A program made the position numbers and the translations under genes. Shown here one piece after another: positions 49,001 to 61,000 of a DNA stretch of 64,000 bases. The notes beneath the pieces are model-generated. The model made no database searches, had not been told where the DNA came from, and was given only the letters and a program-made list of their open reading frames with translations. This stretch comes from Centroscyllium fabricii (taxonomy: Eukaryota): positions 71,362,001-71,426,000 of the forward strand of contig JBNRSN020000009.1 of assembly GCA_051313645.2 (NCBI GenBank), written 5' to 3'. How positions within the stretch are numbered: position 1 is the first letter of the stretch; the number at the start of each line of letters is the position of its first letter.

Positions 49001-52000
49001 CAGAACTGCACACAGTACTCCAGCTGTGGTCTTACCAGCGTTTTGTACAGCTCCATCATAACCTCCCTGCTCTTATATTCTATGCTTCGGCTAATGAAGG
49101 CAAGTATCCCATATGCCTTTTTAACCACCTTATCCACCTGTCCTGCTGCCTTCAGGGACCTATGTACCTGCACACCAAGGTCCCTCTGATCCTCTGTCTT
49201 CCCTAGCGTCCTACCATTCATGGTGTATTCCCTTGCCATGTTAGACCTACCGAAATGCATCACCTCACACTTTTCAGGATTAAATTCCATTTGCCACTGT
49301 TCCACCCATCTGACCAACTCATCTATGTCTTCCTGCATGTTGCGGATTTCCTCCCCAGTATTTACCAACCCCCCAACTTTTGTGTCATCTGCAAACTTAC
49401 TGATTATGCCTTTTTACATTAATATCTAAATCGTTAATATAGACTGCAAACAGCAAGGGACCCAACACCGATCCCTGCGGTACCCCACTGGACACAGGCT
49501 TCCAGTCACAAAAACACAATCTTGTTGTTATAGCTAGTTGTGATCTAAAGTTTTTAAAACTATATTGTATTTCCTTTCTATCCCCAATTTGTTTCTCTCC
49601 CTTGAACGGCTCCTTGTATTGAAATATAGTTCCATCTGGAACCTTGCCTAAGTGGCTATTCATGTGAACCTAGATAATGACCATGGGTGGGACATTGGAA
49701 AAAGGACTGTGCTAGAAAATGCACCTATGTGAACATTTGACTGTTTCAGACATCAGGAGTGGGACCCTGACTTTTTGCCTTTTTAAAATTTTTCCTTCCA
49801 ATCTCCTGTATAAGCACTGACTGATTTTTGATTTATCTATTGTAGCTTTGTAAAAATTCTTTAAAAAAATATATATATATATTTTCTGTTGACCTGCTAA
49901 TGGGACTCCAATTTAATGATATGAGGAATCATCTAATGGCAATGAGTAAAACTTGAGTATATTGGAATACTTTCTGACTTGCCTTGTGCTAGAACTGTCA
50001 CTCATGGCAAAATATTTAGGTGATGCACTTTAAAATCTAGAACTCATGATTATTTGAGAACAAACTTCCTCTTTCGAGGTTTTTCTCCTGAAGGCGAATG
50101 CATGCCGGCTCCATGGGTGCTGGCAGTCCTCCGTAACTTGCCAAAGCAACTATTCCTAATGTGTTGGTCCAGATATTGAGCATTGGCAGCCCGGGTAGAG
50201 TCATTACAGCTGACCCTCTTGGACTCTGGGGTACTTGTATGCATTCTAGCAGAAGTTACATGCACAGTCAAGGATGGGAATCCCAATCTACCTTTCCAAG
50301 TCCAAGGAAACTGTGATTTTAATGTTCCAACATTGCCCCATTTGAGATCAGTTAATTTGGCACAAGCCAGAAATTGTTATGGACCAGAAAAATCCATCAT
50401 GTTGGGCAGCTTTGACTGAGCAGTCAGAACTGTAATGCACAAATTCAGTTTGGTTAGGAGGTTCTTGCATTGTTTTGTTTTTTTTGTAGGAGTTTTCTGT
50501 GATGCCACAACCGACTTTACAGTGGATGCAGGTTCGTTGACCAAGATGGGAGGAAACCACATCAAAACGGGCATCATAAATCCTTCAGGAGCTCACACAG
50601 ATTGTCTGATTAAGGATAATGGCAATGGGACGTATGCAGTGGAGTACACCCCATTCGAAAAGGGTATGATGGAAGGTCACTTGTTTGTGTGAGGTCCAAT
50701 TAACTATACAAATGATTTGAGTCTCCGTCCTTTTGAAACACCTGGCCCTGCATTTGTCTTTCGCAATTTTTCTGCTAAAGAACTTGGAGGATCAGCATTA
50801 CCATTGATACAGGGTTTGGTGATTTATAAGTATTTAACTTTTTTTTGATTCTTGGATAAACGAGTCAGTTTAGACAAAAGCCTATATCCCAGGCCACCAT
50901 TGGAATAAAAGCTGTTGCTTTGAGAATTCTGACCAGAGACCCACTGAGTTCCATTTTCAGATGTAAATTCATCATTTGATAGCAATCATTGAATCTAGTT
51001 TACCTTTAGCCCAGCACATGAATAAGTACACCAGTAAGGTCGAGGACTAGCTACTTTGGCAGTAGCCATAGCTGAGAAGTGTTCCATTTTGAATAATCTG
51101 TTTTTAGCATTTCAGTTTTACATCATAGCAAAGGATTTTACAAATGTAGAAAATAGATGTGAAACTGACTACTTCCTAATCCCGGTATTTGAACAAGATC
51201 GGGTTTTAACCTCTGTTTGTGGAAATGTTTTTTTGTTTCGTGCAGGTGTGCACTTGGTTGATGTAACCTATGACAATGCACCAGTTCTAAACAGCCCATT
51301 CAAGGTAGGAGTCACCGAAGGATGTGACCCTTCACGTGTCTCTGCAAGTGGACCTGGACTTCAGGAGGGCTTGACCAATAAAACTAATAAATTCTCTGTA
51401 GTAACAAGGTAATCTTAAATTTCTTAATTGGCCTTGGATTGGGTTCAGAAGCCAGGTTGGGGATTAGGTTGTCAGACTGGATACATTTCTTCACCGCCAC
51501 TATGTTCCCTTATTGTAACATGTATCCTAGCTCCCCTCATTCCTGCTAAATTAAATGTTTGGATCCATAACCAGTGCCTCTTGACTGCCAGGAGATAAAA
51601 CAGCATGCACAGGTTATGGTGAATCTATAGTTCTTCACCGGTTTCTAATATTTACCAGGGTAGAGGTCAGTGTTTGTGACTCACACTGGCACAACTGAAA
51701 GTATTTGTTTAAACATTCATTTGGACATTTTATAGCTTATTTCTTTGGATTTAGACCTTAACCCTACTACTGATCATTGTGTCAATTGGCAAATGATAAA
51801 TTGGCAAATTATAAATACAATTATAGAACTGAATCTAAAGACTGCACCACTGCCATAGAACAGTTTATTGTAAATGATTGAATAATGGCACAACATTTGA
51901 AAACTCATTTGCCACAACATTGAAAACTCATTTGCCTATGTGCATGAGTTGTAATGTCTTTTGCATACCAGTAAAAGCACAACTTACTTTTAATAAATTA

Positions 52001-55000
52001 GATTGTTTATTGTAGCTTTGATGGGATATTGAAGACTAGTAACTGAGAACCTTGTGATGCAGAGGGGCAGGTACTGGTGGCCTTGGGATTACTGTTGAAG
52101 GACCTTCAGAAGCAAAGATGTCTTGCAAGGATAACAAAGATGGCATCTGCAGTGTTGAATACATCCCATATACTCCTGGAGATTATGATTTGAACATTAC
52201 CTATGGAGGACGGCACATATCTGGTAATCTTTGAATCTATTGTTCAATCTGTTAAAACTGCTACTTTAAATATATTGTAAATCAGAGCGAAGGATTACAT
52301 GTGTATTGAATCTGGGACAATAGCTAGATCATTTTCAATAATTAGATTTCAAAACTCTCATCATGGAAGAAAACTACTGTTGAACTGGTGTGCAGTTCTG
52401 TTCCCAAGATGCTCAATTGCCATGTTAGTACAGGGTATCTCCCTTTCTAAATCATTATTTCAAGATTTTCAAATGGGGGCATGTTAATATCCGCACATAT
52501 AAATTAAAACAAATTTTGTATCTGATGTCTGCATAATAGATTACACCAACCCTGATCAAGGTAATTAATTTAAGAAATTCTGCTTGCATCTTGATTTCTA
52601 CTGAATTAATGCTTTCTGCTTCAACGTTAGTTCTCCAATTGGATTCAGATCTTAATCTGTTTCAATTATGTTTTTCTATTGTAAAACTTTTTTCTATGAT
52701 GGTACTGATTATAGGAACCATTAGGCTTCCAGTATGTGACCAGTAGATTGAGATGCATAATACAGTAATTTAACAAAGCAATATTTAGATATGTGGATAC
52801 TGAGCCACCTTGGGTCAAATGTGCTCATCTTTGCATTGTCCATTTAAACTCTTCCCCCCCCCCCCCCCCCCCCCCACTTGAAAACTGAAATCTCTGCACC
52901 ACCATCACCCCACACCAGATAAGATGACCACTTACAATGATCAAAAGTTCAAAATGCTGAAATATTCAATTTTCTTTCTTGTAGGCAGTCCATTTAAGGT
53001 ACCAGTCAAAGATGTTGTGGACCCAAGCAAAGTCAAGTGTAGTGGACCTGGGCTGAGTTCAGGAATACGAGCCAAAGTTCCGCAGCACTTCACTGTGGAC
53101 TGTAGCAAGGCTGGAAAAGCTCCTCTCCAAGTAACTGTGTTGGGACCAAAAGGTAAGATCCTAGCATCGGGCAGTTTTAGGTAACTATTAACCAACATGC
53201 CAGGTCACTGTCGATACAGGTCTACACATGAATGCACACTTTGGAGGGTGGGAGGATGTGGAATCCTAGTCTAAATTTAAAGATTGAATGGCAAGTCGGT
53301 CGTACTAATGTGTTGTGTGCTGAGTACTTGGCCTCTTCTAACTTCACTGGGAGTGGAGTTTATAAATTGAATATTGTCCTGAATGACTTTGGGCCATTGT
53401 ACAGCTCGGAAAGGCTGTGCTGTTAAGGGAATCACTTGTCACCTTTTCAGTGACGACATTCAGATTTTTGCTGCAAGTAAAAGGTTTTCTGTTCTAGTTG
53501 GTGAGGCACAGCCCCAACCATGGCGCAGTCCTTTGAAAACGATTACAGACTTCTTTAAAGGCGAGGCCAAGAACGATGACAGTGAGACAGGTTTGGATTT
53601 GAGCTTGTTCATCTCAGCAGGGCAAGAAAGGTGGCGGGCGTGTGTTGCGCAACAACAGGGAACCGTTCTGCTGGTCCTGTCTGCTTTTACATTTTTACTA
53701 AGCACCAAAGTCGAACTTGCTAGGCCTAATGCTTCACCTAGTGTTTTAGTTTCCATGTCACACTAACCTGGCCTTGTTTTAATAATCTTGTATAAAGGGT
53801 TTTTAAAATCAAAATTGCACTTATTTTGTAGCCCTTCCAGATTTATCTCTAATCTGATTGTCCTGGAACTTAATTGAAAACCATTATGCAATCAGTACTT
53901 ACAATTGCACGTGTCTATTGCATTTCCTGACAAATGACTGCATGACCCAGTTGAAAATTAATTTTAATCAATTCTGGACATGCTTTTGCTGTAAATTTGA
54001 AGAATCCTGAATGGCTGAACAGATTTCTTCACAGCTTCCATTGCTATGATGTTTTTGACAGTTCCTGTCTGACCTGGTAGGAAATTATTTTCAAACCTTA
54101 GCTCATTCAAAGTTTTGTTTGAGTTTGCTTCGATGCATTGTAATTTGGTTGAAGAGATGTTGATTAGTCAACACAGGCTGGTTTTAAGTGAACCTGCCGT
54201 ATATCAATCCTGTGGATTTAGTTTTTAGTTGCCATGTTTGAGATTTTAAATTCAGGATTTTATTCATCCCACGAGAATAATGGTTCATTAATGGATGTGT
54301 TCTGATACTCAAGCATGCAATTAGAATGGGTTGGTCAAATCGGACTGCTTGCTAGTATTTACATCTAACTGCAGGTACTCGCTAAGAGCTGGACTTTGTT
54401 GTTTAGTTGGAGGATAATAAATGCATAAGTGCAAAAATGACTTTCAGAAGTGTTTGGTTCTGTTGGAAGCTTAGATTTACGAAAAAAAAATATTTAAGTT
54501 TTCAATCACTCAACATTTGAAATGTTACTTTGTGGGAATGGAACTGTGTATATGCAGAGTATGATTCGCAGCCAGGCTGTGCAAGATCACCAATCTAAAG
54601 CTACTTTCTGTACTACTCTAGTTTAAAGCAAACCCTAAAATGTGAATAAAACTTTGAATGAGCAATTCTTTAATTTAATACATTGACAGTGAACTATAAT
54701 TAATGTACTGAATACAATGAAAGACTCGATGGATTTCATATTTTTCCTGCACCCATTTTCTTATGGCTAAATCTACTAAAGCTAGCAAAATAGTCTTCAT
54801 GTGACACGGGTGCTTTACGGGATTTGCGCCATTAGGAACTGGTATAGGGCAATGCACTGAGTTAAAAGACTAACCAGCTTTTTGTGCGCAGCTGACTACT
54901 TGGGTTAATAAACACATGGGGTTAGTTTATATAGCATTGTTTTTTTTTGTTTGACTGCTGTTATCCAAGTGTTTTGGTATTTTTTGTCTCTTTTTCTCTC

Positions 55001-58000
55001 CCAGGCATAATTGAGCCTGTTGAGGTTATTGACAATGGTGATGGCACTCACACTGTCCGCTACATGCCTTCAGTCGAAGGGCCATATTCAGTTTCTGTCC
55101 AGTATGGCGATGAAGACATTTCTCGCAGGTAACTTCAGAAGCTTTAATCTCGAGGCTGAACCGTGCAGCATATCTTGTTGTCAATCTTAGTTCTGGAAAC
55201 TAGAGAGAACTACTGCATTATCTATCTCCGGACCAAGAAAAGGAAGGCAATGCCTGAATAGGCACAGTGGGTTTAAAATAATACATCGAGTTCCAAAGAG
55301 TTAAATAATTGTCATGATTCAAGTTTGTATCCTGCCGATAGTCATCTGGTTAGCTGGATTTGACCGGAATCGGCCTCCAGTTATTTGAAATTAACATATG
55401 ATCCAAGTCAACTTTGAATTATGAATAACTAATTTATTTTACTTTTGCTGATTTACCATTTATTTTTGATGCTTTACTAATGCCAACAGTAGGACTAAGA
55501 TTTTCAATTTGAAGTGTTAAATAGCCTAATTTACATTTTATTCGCTTAGTGGCTTATTCTCATCTGTACTTTTTTTTCCTTAATACTCTCCTGTTAGTAC
55601 TCTTTTCTGTTCTCATGGATGTCTATGAACAAATTTTGGTGTGAATTCAATTGTGTCCATGTGCTTGGTCCAACTTGAGGATTGGTTCATTTTATAATTA
55701 ATGTGGAATTCAGAGTGCCAAACTAAATTGCTAGAACAGCAGTGAATTCAAGGTAAAATGTCAATTTATGTAGCAATCTCTCTCCTCCACAAAAGCATTT
55801 TTTTTTTTTTTTTTGGCTCTGCGGCTCTGCTGGTGATCTGGTATTAGCCAACCGTGCAACCCTGTGGTGAGTGGATTGGAGAGTGCATATTTTTTTGGAA
55901 TAAAAATCAACATCCATCTGTATAAATGGATTGAAAGCACTTGGAAACATAGGAGCAGGAGTAGGGCATTCGGCCCTTCGAGCCTGCTCCGCCATTTAAT
56001 GAGATCATGGCTGATCATCCAAACCCAGTACCCTGTCTTCTCCCCATATCCCTTGATCCCTATCGAGCACTTGAGTGTTTTCCAGCCTCACCCCCCCCCC
56101 CCCACCCCAAATACGTGGGTCCTAATGCAGTCAAGGATCTTGATCTTTTACTGGTAGTAAATATAATGCAAGCTGACAGTAATGACCATAATTTATTTGA
56201 ATTTTTCAAATGCATGCCAGATCATTTATCATGTGCATTTCTTTAGTCCTTTCAGGGTTAAGGTTCTGCCAACTCATGATGCCAGCAAAGTGAAAGCCAG
56301 TGGGCCAGGCCTCAGTTCTTCTGGGGTACAAGCTAGTCTACCTGTGGAATTTACCATTGATGCCAAAGATGCTGGAGAAGGACTCCTTTCAGTGCATGTA
56401 ACTGTAGGTTATGGTGACTTATTTTCCTTTTACAGAAGAGTGTATGTGATCTACAGTAAGCCGATTTCACTACAAAATCTGAGTCGCTGTTTTTTTTTTT
56501 CCCTCGGCAAATTGGAAATTCAGCAAGAAGTAAGCGTGCTGTCCTGGTTGTTTTCTCTCTGCGCCAGAACCTTAAACATTTAGATAGTGATGGCCATTCA
56601 TTACTTTAATTAAAAACTGAAGACTTGAACAACCATAATTCTTGGGCAAGAACACTGGACAGGATTGCCTGCTTCCTTCAAGCTGATTTGACAAGTTGTT
56701 GTAAACAATCTAGTCTTTTTCCCTTCCAGTTCTGTCCTTCAGGGCTCGGTCAGTAGTGGTGCAACCAAGCCACCCTTGGTGATGGCCATTGAAGCCCCTC
56801 ACCCCGAGTACATTCTGTGCCCTTGCTGCTCTCTGTGCTTCTTCCAAGTGGTGTTCAACATGGAGGAGTACTGATTCACCAGCTGAGGGAGGGCAGTAGG
56901 TGGTAATCGGCAGACCTGAAGCCATGAGACTTCATGGGGTCCTGAGTCAATGCTGAGGACTTGGCCACTCCTTCCCGACTGTATATCCCACTGTGCCACC
57001 ACCCCTAGTGGGTCTGTCCTGTCGGTGGGACAGGACATACCCAGGGATGGTGATGGAGTGTGGGACATTGGCTGAAAGGTATGATTCTGAGAGTATGACT
57101 GTCAGGCTGTGGCTTGACTAGTCAGTAGGACAGCTCTCCCAATTTTGGCACAAGTCCCCAGATGTTGAAGAGGACTTTGCAAGGTTGACTGGGTGTGCTG
57201 TTGCCATGTCCATCGCTGGTGCCGAGGTCGATGCCAGGTGATCCGTCCGGTTTCATTCTTGTGTTCCGTGGCAGTTTGTTACAACTGAGTGACTTGCTCG
57301 GCCATTTCAGAGGGCCGCTGATGCTGTGGGTCTGGAGTCACATAGGCCAGACCAGGTAAGGATGGCAGATTTCCTTCCCTAAAGGACATTAGTGAACCAG
57401 ATGGGGTTTTACGACAATCTGAGTTTCATGGTTACCATTACTGATGCTAGTAATTATTCCAAATTTATTTAATTAACAATTTAAATTCCCCCAGCTGCCT
57501 GGAGGGATTTGAACTCCCGTCCCGATCATTAGTCCAGGTTTCCGGATTAATAGCCCAGTGATATTACCACGACACTACCGTTATGACACTTCCACTTTAT
57601 AAATGTGATCGTTTCTGAACCACTTCATTTAATACAAGAAATTGCAAAGCTAATTTACACTGACCGAATGACTGTGTAATCCAGGTGTTCAAGTGCTGCA
57701 AGGTTAGTTCAAAGTTTTCATTGGCTTAGCTGAGCAGCCTACAAGGTAGTACTAATACTGAGGAGCTGTGACCTGTACGCAGGAGTGAAATGAACCTAAT
57801 TTTATGCTGCCATAATTCAGCTAGTTTTTAAATGAGCTGGAGTGATGTAGGGAGGAACAAGTGTAATGGATTGCCCAAAAGATGAGTGACTTGGCTTCAA
57901 GATATATTAGACTAACTAGTTAATAGCTTCAAAAGATCAAAAACACAATGTTCCTGTATCTACATGCTAAAACTGTTAATGCACTGGATTAATTAAAGCA

Positions 58001-61000
58001 GCAGCTGCTCATGGAGCATTGCACTTAAACTGTGTACATTGCTGCTTTTCAGTTTTTTAGAGCCTTTATTCAGTTGAATGCTTATTGCACAAACCTGTGA
58101 CCATTACTTAGTCATTTTCCACAGAGTAGTAATGTAGGTACTGCTATCGAAAGTGGCCTTTCTGACCTCTGCATTAGAGATGAATTAAAGGCTTTGCACG
58201 AGTGACATTGCTTCATTGGCCAATAGGCATATTGCTATGTAAAATTGGATCTAAATTCCCAAATCTTATTTCTGTGCATGCTTACCATTGTACTACCTGT
58301 GGGGAAAACTTGTCGTCTTGCAGAATCTCTCATTCTAGATTTTTGCTGAATGTGAGTTAATATTTTTCAATTTCTCCCTTCACAGCTCTTTGCTTTCCAT
58401 CAGTCCTTTTTTTAGTTGCAAGGGTTCCCACTGTAATCGCCAATGATAAAGGTTGTTCACTGCTGCTAACTGAACTCCTCAAAGGTGAAAACAGTGCCCT
58501 CTGCCACTGACCCCCCTCCCCCAGGAATGTCCTACCTGTTTTGAGTGGAGATTTCATGCTTCAGCGGTGACGTAGTGGTTATGTCATTAGACTCGTAAGC
58601 CAGAGGCTGTCAAATGCTCGGAGGATATGGGTTCAAATCCCACCATGGCAGCTGGTGGAATTTAAATTCAATTTAGTTCTGGAATTAAATGTTAGTCTTA
58701 GCAATGGCAACCATGATACCATTGTCGATTGTTGCAAAACCCATCTGGTTCACTAATGTCCTTTAGGGAAGGAAATCTACCGTCCTTACCTGGTCTGGCC
58801 TACTTGTGACTCCAGACCTACAGCAATGTGGTTGACTCTTTATGCCCTCTGAAATGGCCTAGCAAGCCACTCAGTTGTAAACAACCGCTACCCAACATTG
58901 TGGGTGTACCTACACCATATGAACTGCAGTGGTTCAAGTAGATGGCTCACCACCATCTTCTTGAGGGCAATTAGGGATGGGCACTAAATGCAGGCCTAGC
59001 CAGCCAGCGACACCCACAACCCATCAACGAAAAAACAAGCTAGACTGGAAGTCATTTCGCCAAGGATTGAGCTGTTGGTTAAAAATAATTGTATACAGGA
59101 TGCAAATGTAATTGTATACAAGATGCAAATGTAACTTTCCCCTTTTTGAGATTAAATGTATAACTGAGCCAGTAAAATTCAACATGGTAGCTCAGATGTG
59201 GAAATATTTCACACTTCAGAAGATATGATCATCAGGAGTGTTTTATTGGCTCCTTCCATGGCTGCTTTTAAAGTGTGAAGTATTTCAACATTTCCTCTCG
59301 AATGTTACTTCAACTTGATTGAGGTTTAGTACTTTTTCGTAATAAAAACACATTTGTCTGCAGGACCAAGAAGGGAATCCGAAGAAAGCTAATATCCACA
59401 ACAACAATGATGGCACCTACAAAGTTTCCTATATACCGGATAAGACTGGACGTTACACCATCGTAATTAAATATGGTGGCGATGAGATCCCAGCATCTCC
59501 TTACCGAATCCGTGCTGCAGCTACTGGTGACGCCAGCAAGTGTACAATGTCAGGTAACTGACGGAATGATCTTCTTCAAAATGGGCTAACAATTGCCATG
59601 TGTGGTTTTGAGGGAATGCCATCTGTTTCTAGGAGAAAATGTTGATTCTTGCAGTAAGGGGTGACTAGCTGGATCTGGTGCCCAATGTGGCAGAAATGTT
59701 GGTTACTGGAGATTTGGTTAAGCCTTCATCGCAGACGATGAATTAACTAAATAGTGGGCGTTCACTTCCGTGTGAGATGCTAGCAACATTGGAGCAGAAC
59801 CAGGAGAATTTTTTTAAATTTCTGATCAATGCATTTTGCTGGATTGAGATTCCAGCATTCCCTGACTGTCATGCTGCAATGAAGAAATACAGGATTGTCA
59901 ATCGACTACTCCTGATGCTGCCAAGTTTACTGTGCTGAAAAATTCGAATGACACAAAGGAATTTGGTGCTTAATTTCATTTAAAAACACTTTCGTGACTT
60001 ATGGCGGAGTAGATTTTATTTAATAGGAGTAACTAGATTATAGTATGAACTGTTATTCGCCTAGAAATGCTTTAACTTTCCACTTATTTTAAGGTTCTGG
60101 TCTTGAACCTACCGTTCAACTGGGAGAGGAACTGGAGATGAAGGTAGATGCAAAGGCTGCAGGCAAGGGCAGAGTCACCTGCACAATTTGTACCCCTGAT
60201 GGGACCGAAGTGGAGGCAGATGTTATTGAAAATGATGACGGAACATATAACATCTTCTATACAGCACCTGAAAAAGGAACCTATGTTGTTTATGTTCGCT
60301 TTGGAGGAGTAGATGTTGCAAACAGTCCATTCCATGTAGTGGTGAGTCTCATCCCATTTGTTGTCTCTTTTATTGTGGGAGATGGATCATTGTAATGAAA
60401 CATCTAGAGCATTTGTCCAAAATTACATTTACTGAATTTCACAGAGGGGCTTTCCACACTTCCGTCAGTCTTTTGTTCCAATTTATTCGTAGTCTAATTT
60501 ATTAGCCGCAGATTTATTATGCTCTGCAGAAGATTTTACCACCTTTTTTGGTCTGAACACATAATTGGCTCTTAACTTCCACTTGAGCTGTAGCAGGATC
60601 AAGTGATTTAACTTCAATCTATTGCACAGCTACAAGCTAGATGTAAGTGCAGGAATGTTTTGAGAAGTTTAAAACATCCTGCAATTATTCTTAGTGTACA
60701 CTTTTGACCTGCTCTCAACGCTTACTGACGGAAGCCTACTTAACATTTCTGTGAATTTCAGCTCTTTCTCAAAACCGGTTCCATGGTCTTCAACCTGATA
60801 ACTAGCCTGCCCAACAATCAAGTGTTCCGATCTGTAGCTTGATCTGTTGACTCAAATATTTAGTTCAACATTGCAGAATCTTAAAGCAAAATACTTATGT
60901 TTAAGATAGTATAATATTCTTGTCTTGTATAACCATGCATTCCTCACCTGTTCTTGTAAAATGATGCATCCTCTTGCTTACTGTGAATACTGTTCATGGG

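Noticed and set aside
49560-50390. Ancient repeat-like segments (also about 1160-1510, 23560-23850, 40190-40430, 62000-62700)
   Set aside because: They are too degenerate to bound or classify by eye.
53530-53575. LKTITDFFK as a PCNA PIP-degron
   Set aside because: It lacks Q at position 1 and a basic residue at +4, and the TD is not in the recalled human sequence.
53383-53766. 127-aa ORF as an independent gene
   Set aside because: It is read-through around the 93-nt cassette exon.
58562-58650. tRNA gene
   Set aside because: A/B boxes are present, but they continue into a SINE body and tail, and no cloverleaf is evident.
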